A stretch of 64,000 nt of DNA from Acidaminococcales bacterium (lineage in GTDB: Bacteria > Bacillota > Negativicutes > Acidaminococcales > JAISLQ01): assembly GCA_031552765.1 (NCBI GenBank), contig JAVBME010000007.1:143397-207396 (forward strand), in the 5' to 3' direction. The notes under the pieces are model-generated. The model saw only the letters and a list, made by a program, of their open reading frames with translations, was not told where the DNA came from and ran no database searches. Positions 26,596-36,440 of this stretch are shown in pieces (the first letter of the stretch is position 1; every line of letters starts with the position of its first letter). A program made the translations under genes and the position numbers.

Positions 26596-27655
26596 CATTT
26601 ATAACAAAAAAAAAGTCTTTATAACAGGACATAGCGGTTTTAAAGGCAGTTGGCTGACTTTTTGGCTAAAGTCATTGGGAGCCGATATTTTGGGCTATTC
26701 CCTGCCGCCTGTAACCCAGCCTAACCTTTATAGCGCAATAGGTATAGAAAACTGCTGCAACAGCGTTTTTGGCGATATACTGGATAAAGACAAACTAGCC
26801 GAAGCAATGCTAAGCTTCTCCCCTGATATAGTATTTCACCTGGCGGCGCAGCCGCTGGTCAGGCTGTCTTATAAAGAGCCTTTCCTGACTTACCAAACAA
26901 ACATCATCGGCACTTTGAATGTATTGGAAGCGGCCAGAAACTGCGCTTCCGTCAAGGCGCTGGTCAATATAACAACCGACAAATGCTATGAAAATATAGA
27001 AACAAATCACGGCTACAAAGAAGACGACCCTCTGGGCGGTTATGACATGTATTCTTCCTCCAAAGCCTGCGTAGAAATCATGTCCTCTTCCTATCGCCGC
27101 TCTTTTCTCAATAATGGCCAGCCCTATGCTCTCGCTACTGCACGCGCCGGTAACGTTATCGGCGGCGGCGACTGGGCTGAAGACCGTCTGATACCCGACT
27201 GCGTCCGCGCTATACAAAACAAAGAAAAAATACTCATACGCAATCCCCAGGCTGTCCGCCCCTGGCAACATGTCCTGGAACCGCTTTTCGGTTATCTGCT
27301 GCTAGGCAAAAAATTGCTAATAGAAGGCGAAAAATATGCCCAGGCCTTTAATTTCGGCCCAAATAAAGACAGTGTATTAAAAGTCACCGATATAGTCGAA
27401 GCTTTTATAAATGCCTATGGCCGCGGGCAAATGGTGATAGATAAAACTAATGGTCCGCACGAAGCAAACCTTTTGCTACTGGATATCGAAAAAGCGGAAA
27501 AAATATTGGGCTGGGCGCCCCAATACAGCGCCCTGGAAGCCATAGAAAAAACCTCCGCCTGGTATAAACATTTTTATAATGGCGACGATATGGCCGCCTT
27601 TACCCTAGCGCAAATAAAAGAGTTCGAGGGGAAACATGCTTGTAAACAGCACTGA
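26588..27655 (+). CDS. rfbG: CDP-glucose 4,6-dehydratase
   Basis: VFITGHSGFKGSWLTFWL, YSSSKAC catalytic YxxxK, RAGNVIGGGDW. Overlaps rfbF by 8 nt. Confidence 0.9.
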   Translation: MFDIYNKKKVFITGHSGFKGSWLTFWLKSLGADILGYSLPPVTQPNLYSAIGIENCCNSVFGDILDKDKLAEAMLSFSPDIVFHLAAQPLVRLSYKEPFLTYQTNIIGTLNVLEAARNCASVKALVNITTDKCYENIETNHGYKEDDPLGGYDMYSSSKACVEIMSSSYRRSFLNNGQPYALATARAGNVIGGGDWAEDRLIPDCVRAIQNKEKILIRNPQAVRPWQHVLEPLFGYLLLGKKLLIEGEKYAQAFNFGPNKDSVLKVTDIVEAFINAYGRGQMVIDKTNGPHEANLLLLDIEKAEKILGWAPQYSALEAIEKTSAWYKHFYNGDDMAAFTLAQIKEFEGKHACKQH

Positions 27656-28187
27656 TATTTTAGGACTTAACATAATAACAGCCACACCCAATCGTGATGA
27701 GCGGGGCTATTTCGTGCGCGAATTTTGCAGGCAGGAGCTATCCATAATACGTCCTGACCTTGTCATTGAACAGATAAATCACTCCCTGACCAGGCAAAAA
27801 GGCACTGTGCGCGGCCTGCATTTTCAATACCCTCCGCATGCCGAATTAAAAATAATCCGCTGCACAAAAGGCGGCATTTTTGACGTTGCGGTCGATTTGA
27901 GAAAAGACTCGCCTACCTTTTTAAAATGGCATGGCGAAATATTGACTGCCGAAAACATGAAAATGCTGGCCGTTCCTGAAGGCTTTGCTCATGGCTTTCA
28001 GGCATTGGAAGACGATGTCGAAATGTTTTATTACAATACACAGCCTTACTGCAAAGAAGCCGAAGGCGCTATCCGCTACGACGAACCGCTGGCCGCTGTA
28101 AAATGGCCGCTGGCTGTCACAGTAGTTTCGCAAAAAGACGGCGCCACGCCTTATATAAATGAAAAATTTAAAGGTATAGAACTGTGA
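27636..28187 (+). CDS. NDP-4-keto-6-deoxyhexose 3,5-epimerase (RmlC family)
   Basis: DERGYFVREF, VRGLHFQ, KIIRCTKGGIFDVAVDLR, PEGFAHGF. Confidence 0.8.
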   Translation: MLVNSTDILGLNIITATPNRDERGYFVREFCRQELSIIRPDLVIEQINHSLTRQKGTVRGLHFQYPPHAELKIIRCTKGGIFDVAVDLRKDSPTFLKWHGEILTAENMKMLAVPEGFAHGFQALEDDVEMFYYNTQPYCKEAEGAIRYDEPLAAVKWPLAVTVVSQKDGATPYINEKFKGIEL

Positions 28188-29068
28188 AAAAGGTTATTTT
28201 GACCGGCGCAACAGGGCTTATCGGCAAAGAAACCGTACAGCCTTTATTGGACAGCGGTTTTGAGATATATGCCTTTACTACTGGCAAGAAATATAACGAT
28301 GCACGAGTAAACTGGCTGCAAGCCGATATCCTTGACTACACAAAGATCCAAATGCTTTTATCTCAGATCAAAGCCGACTATCTCTTGCACTTTGCCTGGT
28401 TTACCGGCGAAGACTATCTGTCCTCTCCTATCAATTATAAGTTGCGTGATGCCAGCCTAAATTTATTGACCGAATTTAAAGAATACGGCGGTAAGCGGGC
28501 GGTCTTTGCCGGAACTTGTTTTGAGTACCAATTTAAAGATACGCCTCTAAAAGAAACAGACACGCTAAATCCCACAACAATCTATGCCCAATGTAAAAAC
28601 CAGCTGCGCGAACAAGCACAGGACTATGCTGAAAAAAACGCCCTTTCCTTTGGCTGGGGACGCATCTTCTACGTATACGGCCATGGCGAAAACGAAAAAC
28701 GACTTGTGCCATATATCATCAACTCTTTGAAAAACAATCAAAAAACCATTATAAATAGCGGCCCTTTATTGCGCGACTATATGTACAGCAAAGATATCGC
28801 CGCCGCTTTTGCAAAATTCTTGGATAGCAATGTAACTGGCTGTGTAAACATAGCCGCCGGCCAAGGTATATATATAAAAGACATTGCCCTTGAAATAGCA
28901 AAGCAACTAGATAAAACACACCTTTTGGAATTTATTGATAACGTCGGCAACCAGCCGCTGGTTATTGTTGGTGATGTTGGCAGACTAAATTCCGAAGTAG
29001 ATTATAAAATACAATATAAACTTGAACAGGCATTGGAAAAAATACTGGAGGAAAATGTCCTAATATGA
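28184..29068 (+). CDS. NAD-dependent epimerase/reductase (extended SDR), probable 4-ketoreductase
   Basis: ILTGATGLIGKE Rossmann motif and YAQCK (YxxxK). GTG start overlaps the upstream stop (GTGA). Confidence 0.75.
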   Translation: MKKVILTGATGLIGKETVQPLLDSGFEIYAFTTGKKYNDARVNWLQADILDYTKIQMLLSQIKADYLLHFAWFTGEDYLSSPINYKLRDASLNLLTEFKEYGGKRAVFAGTCFEYQFKDTPLKETDTLNPTTIYAQCKNQLREQAQDYAEKNALSFGWGRIFYVYGHGENEKRLVPYIINSLKNNQKTIINSGPLLRDYMYSKDIAAAFAKFLDSNVTGCVNIAAGQGIYIKDIALEIAKQLDKTHLLEFIDNVGNQPLVIVGDVGRLNSEVDYKIQYKLEQALEKILEENVLI

Positions 29069-30075
29069 AAGCAGAATTTAAGCCCAGGATAGATTTGAAA
29101 AACCGGACGCGACTCGAAACCGTAATACCGCTAAGAACACCCTTCATTATAAACATAGACCCGTCCGACGCCTGCAATTTCCAGTGCAAGTTCTGTCCTA
29201 CCGGCGACCGTGAGTTAATGAAAAAAACACCCGGCCGCAACCATGGCATAATGGATTATGATCTTTATAAAAAAATAATTGGCGACATCTGCCAATTCGA
29301 AGACAAAGTAAAGGTCATCCGCCTTTACAAAGACGGCGAACCGCTTTTGAACCCGCACTTTTCCGACATGGTCGCTTATGCCAAACAATCAGGCTGTTGC
29401 GACCGGGTAGATACCACCACAAACGCCGCACTTTTAACTCCTGAACTTAGCCTCAAAATAATCGAGGCTGGCCTCGACCGCATAAACATTTCCGTAGAAG
29501 GCGTCAATGAAGAACAATACCTTGATTTTTCCCGTTATAAAATAGACTTTGCCAAATTCGTTGATAACATCAGATTTTTTTACGAACACCGCAAACAATG
29601 TGAAATGATCGTCAAAATAAACGGCGATATCCTCAATGAACAGCAAAAACAGGAATTTCTCGATATCTTTGGTGATATCTCCGACGGCATCTTCATTGAA
29701 AGCATCATGGAGTGCTGGCCTACCTACGAAATGGAAAAAGTAACCGCCAATAAAGAACGCGGCATATACGGACAGCAAATCAAAGAAGTGCTTGTCTGCC
29801 CTTATGTATTTTATTCTTTTCCTATAAATTCCGACGGTACATACAGCCTGTGTTTTCTCGACTGGTCACGAAAGCTATTGATGGGCAATGCAAGAGACAC
29901 CACCGCAAAAGAACTATGGAACAGCCGTGAAATGAAAGACTATCAACTGATGTTTCTTAAAGGCGAAAGAAAAAAACACCCTATTTGCAGTGAATGCGGC
30001 CAATTAAGACAGGGACAGCCTGATGATATTGATGGTTTTGCTAGCAATTTATTAAAAACCTTTAGTAATTTATAA
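29065..30075 (+). CDS. Radical SAM protein with C-terminal SPASM/twitch-like Cys motifs (paralog 1)
   Basis: CNFQCKFCPTG (CxxxCxxC), GEPLLNP, and C-terminal Cys set CPY..LCFLDW..CSECG. Confidence 0.85.
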   Translation: MKAEFKPRIDLKNRTRLETVIPLRTPFIINIDPSDACNFQCKFCPTGDRELMKKTPGRNHGIMDYDLYKKIIGDICQFEDKVKVIRLYKDGEPLLNPHFSDMVAYAKQSGCCDRVDTTTNAALLTPELSLKIIEAGLDRINISVEGVNEEQYLDFSRYKIDFAKFVDNIRFFYEHRKQCEMIVKINGDILNEQQKQEFLDIFGDISDGIFIESIMECWPTYEMEKVTANKERGIYGQQIKEVLVCPYVFYSFPINSDGTYSLCFLDWSRKLLMGNARDTTAKELWNSREMKDYQLMFLKGERKKHPICSECGQLRQGQPDDIDGFASNLLKTFSNL

Positions 30076-30091
30076 TGGAGTGTAAATTTAT

Positions 30092-31099
30092 ATGAAAGCA
30101 TCTGTTAAATACCGAGTAAATATGGAAGAACATTCGGTACTTGGAGAAGTAGCGCCACTATCCGCCCCATATGTACTTCTTGTTGATCCTTCAAATCTTT
30201 GCAATTTCAGGTGTAAGTTTTGCCCCACGGGAAACGACCAGCTTATTCGCTCAACAAACAGATATAATGGCCTTTTGGATTTTGATTTATTTAAAAAAAT
30301 AATAAATGATTTAAATGAATTTGATGAACCTGTACGTGTGCTTCGCTTGTATAAAGAAGGCGAACCTTTAATACACCCTAAATTCCCCGATATGGTAAAG
30401 TACGCAAAAGATTCTGGCTTTATACAAAAAGTAGATACAACAACTAATGGCGCACTCTTAAATCCTGAGTTAAACAGGAAAATTATCCAAGCCGGGTTAG
30501 GACAAATAAATATTTCTGTTAACGGCATAAACTCTGAACAGATTTATCATTATACTAAGGCGAAAATAAATTTTGACACATATGTCAACAATATAAAAAA
30601 CTTATATGAAAATCGCGGCAATTGTGAAATTTCTATAAAAGCAATTAAAGAAAACTTAAGTGATGATGAACAAAAAAAATTCTTTGATATATTCGGCAAT
30701 ATTTGTAATCGTATTGTTTTAGAACATCTGTCTCCTGCTTGGCCAAAATTTGAATTTGCCAATGATATTCAAAAGGAATTTCCTTGTGGGAATTATGGGC
30801 AAGAAATATTGGAAAGAAATATTTGTCCGTATATTTTTTATATAATGGTAATAAATTCAAGCGGAAAAGCAAGTACCTGTGTTGGCGACTGGCCAAATAA
30901 ACTTATTGTAGGCGACTTGAAAACTGAATCGGTAAAAAAAGTATGGCAAGGCGAACTTTTAAACAAACATCGCATTGCGCATCTTAAAGGCCGCCGAAAC
31001 GATAATGATTTTTGTGGCGCCTGTCAGGTTGTATCACATGGGACGCTTGATAATTTAGATGAATATGCTGAAAATATTTTAAAGAGGATGCAGGCATGA
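30092..31099 (+). CDS. Radical SAM protein with C-terminal SPASM/twitch-like Cys motifs (paralog 2)
   Basis: CNFRCKFCPTG, GEPLIHP, CPY..TCVGDW..CGACQ. Collinear with paralog 1 over its full length by eye. Confidence 0.85.
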   Translation: MKASVKYRVNMEEHSVLGEVAPLSAPYVLLVDPSNLCNFRCKFCPTGNDQLIRSTNRYNGLLDFDLFKKIINDLNEFDEPVRVLRLYKEGEPLIHPKFPDMVKYAKDSGFIQKVDTTTNGALLNPELNRKIIQAGLGQINISVNGINSEQIYHYTKAKINFDTYVNNIKNLYENRGNCEISIKAIKENLSDDEQKKFFDIFGNICNRIVLEHLSPAWPKFEFANDIQKEFPCGNYGQEILERNICPYIFYIMVINSSGKASTCVGDWPNKLIVGDLKTESVKKVWQGELLNKHRIAHLKGRRNDNDFCGACQVVSHGTLDNLDEYAENILKRMQA

Positions 31100-32106
31100 A
31101 AGTTCTATTCATTGGCGGAAATGGCAATATAAGTTGGTATTGTACAAAAAAATCCATAGAAAAAGGGCATGAAGTCTATGCCTTAAACCGTGAAGTAACT
31201 GTCAGTACGCGCAGAAATTTTCCTGCTGAGGTTATTAAACTAAAAGGCGATATTCGAAATGCATCTGAAATAAAAGACTTGCTTAAATCTTTCACTTTCG
31301 ATGTAATATGCGATTTTATTTGTTTTAACCAAGAACATGCACAAACTGCCATAGATATTTTTCAAGCGAAAACAAATCAATATGTTTTTGTAAGTTCAGA
31401 AGCTGTTTATCAGAGAAAATCAAAATATCTACCCTTTAAAGAAAATTGTCCCAAATATGATGCCGACTCTTCATGTGAATATATAAAAGGCAAAATAAAA
31501 GCAGAAGAAACTTTTTTAAAAGCATATTATCATCACGACTTTCCTGTAACAATAGTAAGACCTGGATATACCTATGATACTATAATGCCCGTATCTATTG
31601 GACAAAATTGTTTCACAGCGCCTAGCAGATTTTTAAATGGTAAACCAATATTGATAGCAGGCGATGGCAACAATCTGTGGACTTTTACACATTCAAATGA
31701 TTTTGCCAATGCTTTTGTGGAATTAATTGGCAATAAAGATGCCATTGGTGATGATTTTCATATAACATCTGATGAATGGCTAACTTGGAATGAAGCAACA
31801 GAGATATTATTACAGGAACTTGGAGTAAAAAACCATAAATTTATTCATATTCCTTTTGATGAGGCCATGAAAACTGAATTCGCCGCACAAAAAGAAATGA
31901 TGTTCCAAAAAATGTGGCACAATATTTACGACAATTCGAAAATAAAAAAGATCTCGCCAAATTGGCAAGCAAAAACTTCTTTTGCTGAAGGCATAAAGCA
32001 AACAATAATCTGGCTATACGAAAATGACGCGCACCGCCGCATAGATAAACAACTCGATGAAAAATTGGAAAAACTAACCCAAAAATATATTGAGAGGATT
32101 ATATAA
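31096..32106 (+). CDS. NAD-dependent epimerase/dehydratase family protein (SDR)
   Basis: VLFIGGNGNISWY Rossmann motif and YIKGK (YxxxK). Overlaps the upstream stop. Confidence 0.75.
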   Translation: MKVLFIGGNGNISWYCTKKSIEKGHEVYALNREVTVSTRRNFPAEVIKLKGDIRNASEIKDLLKSFTFDVICDFICFNQEHAQTAIDIFQAKTNQYVFVSSEAVYQRKSKYLPFKENCPKYDADSSCEYIKGKIKAEETFLKAYYHHDFPVTIVRPGYTYDTIMPVSIGQNCFTAPSRFLNGKPILIAGDGNNLWTFTHSNDFANAFVELIGNKDAIGDDFHITSDEWLTWNEATEILLQELGVKNHKFIHIPFDEAMKTEFAAQKEMMFQKMWHNIYDNSKIKKISPNWQAKTSFAEGIKQTIIWLYENDAHRRIDKQLDEKLEKLTQKYIERII

Positions 32107-32107
32107 A

Positions 32108-33271
32108 ATGCCCCAAAAATGTCCTATATGCCAATCTGAAAAGAAAGAATTTATATCTGAATTATGCGGCAATATGTCTATAATGGGTAGTAGTTTCCCA
32201 GCATGCAGCAGCCACAATGTCGTTTGCATGGATTGTGGCTGTGTTTATGTTGATATAAACACAACACAGAATGCATTTGACAAATATTACAATTCCGAAA
32301 TGAGCAAAGGTATTGCTTATTTTGACTTATTTGGTATAAAACAAACCTTGGACTACTATCAACACATACATGAATCCATTAAAAAGCATGTAACACTTGA
32401 CAGCCAAATTCTTGATATGGGCTGCGGTTTGGGGGATTTCCCAAGATATCTTATGGATTTGGGTTATAAAAATATCCTTGCTGTTGAACCATCATCAATA
32501 AATGTACAACTTGCAAAAGAAAAAGGTGTTAGTTGCATTCAGGATGATAGTTTTTCTATAAATCAAATGCTTACCGGTAAATTTGATATTATAATATTAA
32601 GCCATGTCCACGAGCATATTTTTGACGCTGCCTTGGCAATGGAAAATATAAAAACCATGCTAAAACCTGCCGGTATAATATATTTTGAAGTTCCGGATGC
32701 TGTCAGATATTGTGATGTTGATTTTTCGCCGTATTTCTTTTTTACATATGAGCATGTCATCCATTATACAAAAAACACTTTGTCTAATATTGCCAAATCT
32801 TTTGGTTTGGAATTAATTGAAACTGACCAATACCTCAAATGCGAAAGTTACTATGTTTTATATGGATTATTTAAAAATAATGGCAAGTTCGCAAATACTG
32901 AATATAGTGACGAAACTAAATCTGCTGTACAAAAATATTTAGATTTTAGTATATTGAATTTGAGAAACTTTGTTGAAAAACTTGAGAGAAGCCAAGAAGA
33001 AATCATCTTATGGGGTATAGGCGCCTCAACAGCCCAGCTCTTAAGCGGAACATTCGATAAATGCAATGTGATACAACTCATTGACAGTAATCCATCAAGG
33101 CAGGGACTCAAATTTAAAATAGGCAATTCTTGTCTTTGCATAGAATCACCTGAAAAAATTGTAAGCAGTAACTCAACCATAGTTGTATTGCCTGTTATGT
33201 ACAAAAAATCTATTATAAGTCAAATACGGGCAATGGGTTTTAAAAATAAGATACTTGCTTTAAAAGACTGA
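32108..33271 (+). CDS. SAM-dependent methyltransferase with N-terminal Zn-ribbon and C-terminal C-methyltransferase-type domain (TylCIII-like NDP-hexose C-methyltransferase architecture)
   Basis: CPICQS..CMDCGCVY Zn-ribbon, ILDMGCGLGDF SAM motif I, and a C-terminal Rossmann-like module ILWGIGAS..LIDSNPSRQG. Start moved to ATG 32108 (GAGAGGA SD). Confidence 0.65.
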   Translation: MPQKCPICQSEKKEFISELCGNMSIMGSSFPACSSHNVVCMDCGCVYVDINTTQNAFDKYYNSEMSKGIAYFDLFGIKQTLDYYQHIHESIKKHVTLDSQILDMGCGLGDFPRYLMDLGYKNILAVEPSSINVQLAKEKGVSCIQDDSFSINQMLTGKFDIIILSHVHEHIFDAALAMENIKTMLKPAGIIYFEVPDAVRYCDVDFSPYFFFTYEHVIHYTKNTLSNIAKSFGLELIETDQYLKCESYYVLYGLFKNNGKFANTEYSDETKSAVQKYLDFSILNLRNFVEKLERSQEEIILWGIGASTAQLLSGTFDKCNVIQLIDSNPSRQGLKFKIGNSCLCIESPEKIVSSNSTIVVLPVMYKKSIISQIRAMGFKNKILALKD

Positions 33272-33293
33272 ATTTATAGAAAGAAGGCTAAAA

Positions 33294-33872
33294 ATGCAAG
33301 TTACTTGGAATAATCTCTTAGAAGAAGTTAAACTACTTAAACCTCAGTTTGATGCAATAGAGGAAAAAATACAAGACGGCATTTTCCTTTTCGGCGCCGG
33401 ACAATTTGGTCAAACTTCTTTAGAATATTTACAGGAAAAAAATTATAATGTTGCTTCTTTTATTGACAATTCTATTCAAAAACACGGCAAAGACGTCAAT
33501 GGAATAAATGTTATACCCCTTTCACATTTGCGTATACAGATACAATCATTAACTTTACTCAACAACAAGCAAAACACCAGGGACAATGGGAAAATCGCAA
33601 CATACAGTATTGATTGTTTCTTCGATAATATTCCTGTAACATTTTTTAAAGTAGACATTGAAGGTTTTGAAATGAGGCTCTTGTATAGTGCCAAAAAGAC
33701 AATTTTGAAAAACAATCCCAAAATTGCAATATGCACTTATCATAAATCGAGCGATATATTTGATTTTATAGACTTTATCAAACAATTAGTGCCTGAATAT
33801 CGGTTTGCCTTGCGACATCATTCTTATAGTTTATTGGAAACAGTATTATACTGCTGGTGTGAAGATGAGTAA
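33294..33872 (+). pseudogene. Truncated FkbM-type methyltransferase paralog (SAM-binding core missing)
   Basis: Its N-terminal module (FLFGAGQFG..FIDNSIQKHGKDVNGINV) and C-terminal end (FFKVDIEGFEMRLL..ICTYHKSSDIFDF) align with the ends of the 414-aa FkbM protein at 35150. About 200 central residues, including motif I, are absent. Confidence 0.5.
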
Positions 33873-35133
33873 AACTCGTATCCTCCATATAACCCCCCAT
33901 CTAGGTGGTGGCGTTGGTCAGGTATTATTAAATTATCTGTCTTTCGATAAAATAAACTGTCACAGCATAGCTACACTTGAACATGCCAATGAAAAAGCAT
34001 TAAAAATTGCGCAAAAAGAAAGCATAGCAATATATTCTTCCATAAGTCAAAAACTACATGATTTATTGCTTTTAATCAAAAATACAGATATTGTTATTGT
34101 GCACTTTTGGAATCACCCGCTTTTGTATTCTTTTCTGTTAAAAAATCCTCTTCCACCTGCAAGAGTTATTTTTTGGTCGCATATTTCCGGTTTTGATCCT
34201 CCTTATGTTTTTCCACCTAAAATATTAGATTATCCGGATAAATTTGTTTTTACCACTCCCCTTAGCTTCAATACCCAAGAAATTCGGGAGTTTTATGATA
34301 AAAACAAACTCGCAGTAGTTTTTTCTACTGGCGGCATAAATCACGTGAAAGATATTTCACCACAGCCACATACTTCTTTTAATATAGGTTATATTGGAAC
34401 AGTAGACTACGCAAAAATGCATCCTGATTTCATAAATGTGCATAAAAAAACAAATATCCCTAATGTAAAATTTATCATCGTTGGCGGCGACAATGAAAAA
34501 GAAATCGCCCAAGCTGCCGATGAACGCTTTGAATTTACCGGAAAGGTCCCAGATATTCGTCCTTACTTATCCAAGATGGATGTTTTTGGTTACTTGCTGA
34601 GTGAAAAGCATTATGGCACAGGCGAACAAGTATTGCAAGAAGCAATGTCAGTTGGAGTTGTACCGGTTGTTCTCAATAACCCAATAGAAAGTCTTATAGT
34701 AAAGCATGGTGAGACCGGACTAGTAGCGAAGAATACTGACGAATATATAAAATATATAGAATTACTGTATTTTGATGACATTCTAAGAAAAAATTTATCA
34801 CAAAATGCAAAGGCCTATGCAAACACTAATTTTTCTTTAAATATTCTCTGCAGTAAATGGAATGCTATATATAATGAAATTATAAAAATGCCTAAAAAAG
34901 AACGGCAATATAGCAAAAAAACCGACTATAGGCCTGCGGAAATATTCTTAGAATCACTGGGAAAATATCACGAACCTTTCTCATTGTATTTGGAAAAGGG
35001 CGACGTTTCCTTACTAGAAGGTATTTTGAAACAGCCACAATGGAGTTCAGAAACCAAAGGTACGCCCAAACACTATTACCAATTTTTTAATGATGACTTA
35101 CAGCTAAAGAAAATTATTGACTTATATAGATAA
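33865..35133 (+). CDS. GT-B glycosyltransferase (family 4/1-like)
   Basis: MSKTRILHITPHLGGGVGQ N-terminus and C-terminal GTGEQVLQEAMSVGVVPVV..GETG (EX7E-type). Start moved to ATG 33865, overlapping the upstream stop (ATGAGTAA). Confidence 0.8.
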   Translation: MSKTRILHITPHLGGGVGQVLLNYLSFDKINCHSIATLEHANEKALKIAQKESIAIYSSISQKLHDLLLLIKNTDIVIVHFWNHPLLYSFLLKNPLPPARVIFWSHISGFDPPYVFPPKILDYPDKFVFTTPLSFNTQEIREFYDKNKLAVVFSTGGINHVKDISPQPHTSFNIGYIGTVDYAKMHPDFINVHKKTNIPNVKFIIVGGDNEKEIAQAADERFEFTGKVPDIRPYLSKMDVFGYLLSEKHYGTGEQVLQEAMSVGVVPVVLNNPIESLIVKHGETGLVAKNTDEYIKYIELLYFDDILRKNLSQNAKAYANTNFSLNILCSKWNAIYNEIIKMPKKERQYSKKTDYRPAEIFLESLGKYHEPFSLYLEKGDVSLLEGILKQPQWSSETKGTPKHYYQFFNDDLQLKKIIDLYR

Positions 35134-35149
35134 TAAAAGGAGTTAATAG

Positions 35150-36394
35150 ATGGATATCAAACAATTATTAAGCCCGGATTATAAAATAAATATTGAACAA
35201 ATGCACAATCTACATCACTACATATCTAAACCAATCGTCATATTCTCTGCTTCCTCTGGCGGCAAAGCTATAACTGATTACTTAAAAGATACTTACAATA
35301 AATATCCAATAGCTTTTGCTGATAATAGCAAAGAAAAACAGGGCACATTATTTGAAGGTATACCTATCTACTCGTTTGATGAAATACGCCATAAATATGA
35401 CTTTTCAGAAATAACTGTAATAAATGCCTCAGATTCATTTCGCAATGAAATTTATATCCAACTAAAGACTGCCGGGTTACCAGATGATTCATATATGGAT
35501 ATACAATTTCTAGCCGCTTTTGATGAAAATTTTTTGCAACATAAAAACTTTATAACACAAAACACCCAATCTATGCTATTGGATTATGTTTCAGATGTAT
35601 GGACAAAAAGCAGTCAATTTCATAATCTTGGTAAAAGAGCAGTCGATAACATAAGATATGACGATTACCTTATGCAAAACGCTGCTAAACTGGAAGCTGT
35701 TTATGATATACTGGCTGATAGCAAATCTAAAGATATATATGAGAAATATATCCACGGCGCTGGCAATAGTCATATCAACACCAAATATAAATATACCATC
35801 CTTGATAGTGTCCGCGATGGTAATTATTACCTTGGCGGCGATATCATAAAACTTGACGAAAATGAAGTGTTTGTCATGGCCGGAGCATATGGTGGTATTG
35901 ATAGCATTAAATTTGCTGAACAAACAAAAGGCAAATACTCTCATATAGTCACTTTCGAACCCGACAAAGAAAACTTTCTCAAAGCTAAAGAAAACTTAGA
36001 GAGTTATGGTTTGCAAAGATATCATATATTTAACGAAGCCTTGTATAGCAAAGATTGCACACTGTATTTTGCAGCGGATGGAGATATGGGTTCCAAGATA
36101 GAAAATACCGGTACGATAGAAGTAAAAGCTGTTACACTTGACGGTTGCATGGAAAGGCTTGGTATTTGGCCCTCTTATATACGCCTGGATGTGGAAGGCG
36201 CTGAAGCCGAGGCCTTGCTCGGTACTAAAAAGATTATAGAAAATCATCAACCAAAACTACAAATCAGTATCTACCACAAAAAAGAAGATATTTTTGAACT
36301 GCCTCTTCTTATAAAAAAACTGAATCCCAAATATGATATATATATACGTGCTCATGCCGATTTGTTGTGTAGTATGGTTTGTTACGCTATTTAG
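35150..36394 (+). CDS. FkbM-family methyltransferase with N-terminal Rossmann-like module
   Basis: VFVMAGAYGGIDS (motif I), VTFEPDKENF, IRLDVEGAEAEAL, ISIYHKKEDIF. Confidence 0.8.
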   Translation: MDIKQLLSPDYKINIEQMHNLHHYISKPIVIFSASSGGKAITDYLKDTYNKYPIAFADNSKEKQGTLFEGIPIYSFDEIRHKYDFSEITVINASDSFRNEIYIQLKTAGLPDDSYMDIQFLAAFDENFLQHKNFITQNTQSMLLDYVSDVWTKSSQFHNLGKRAVDNIRYDDYLMQNAAKLEAVYDILADSKSKDIYEKYIHGAGNSHINTKYKYTILDSVRDGNYYLGGDIIKLDENEVFVMAGAYGGIDSIKFAEQTKGKYSHIVTFEPDKENFLKAKENLESYGLQRYHIFNEALYSKDCTLYFAADGDMGSKIENTGTIEVKAVTLDGCMERLGIWPSYIRLDVEGAEAEALLGTKKIIENHQPKLQISIYHKKEDIFELPLLIKKLNPKYDIYIRAHADLLCSMVCYAI

Positions 36395-36396
36395 AT

Positions 36397-36440
36397 AAAA
36401 AAAGACTCAAGGTTAAAAAAACAACCTTGAGTTTTTTTCT
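36397..36440. terminator. Bidirectional terminator where the two glycan operons converge
   Basis: GACTCAAGGTT-AAAAAAAC-AACCTTGAGT with an A-run before and a T-run after. Confidence 0.75.
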
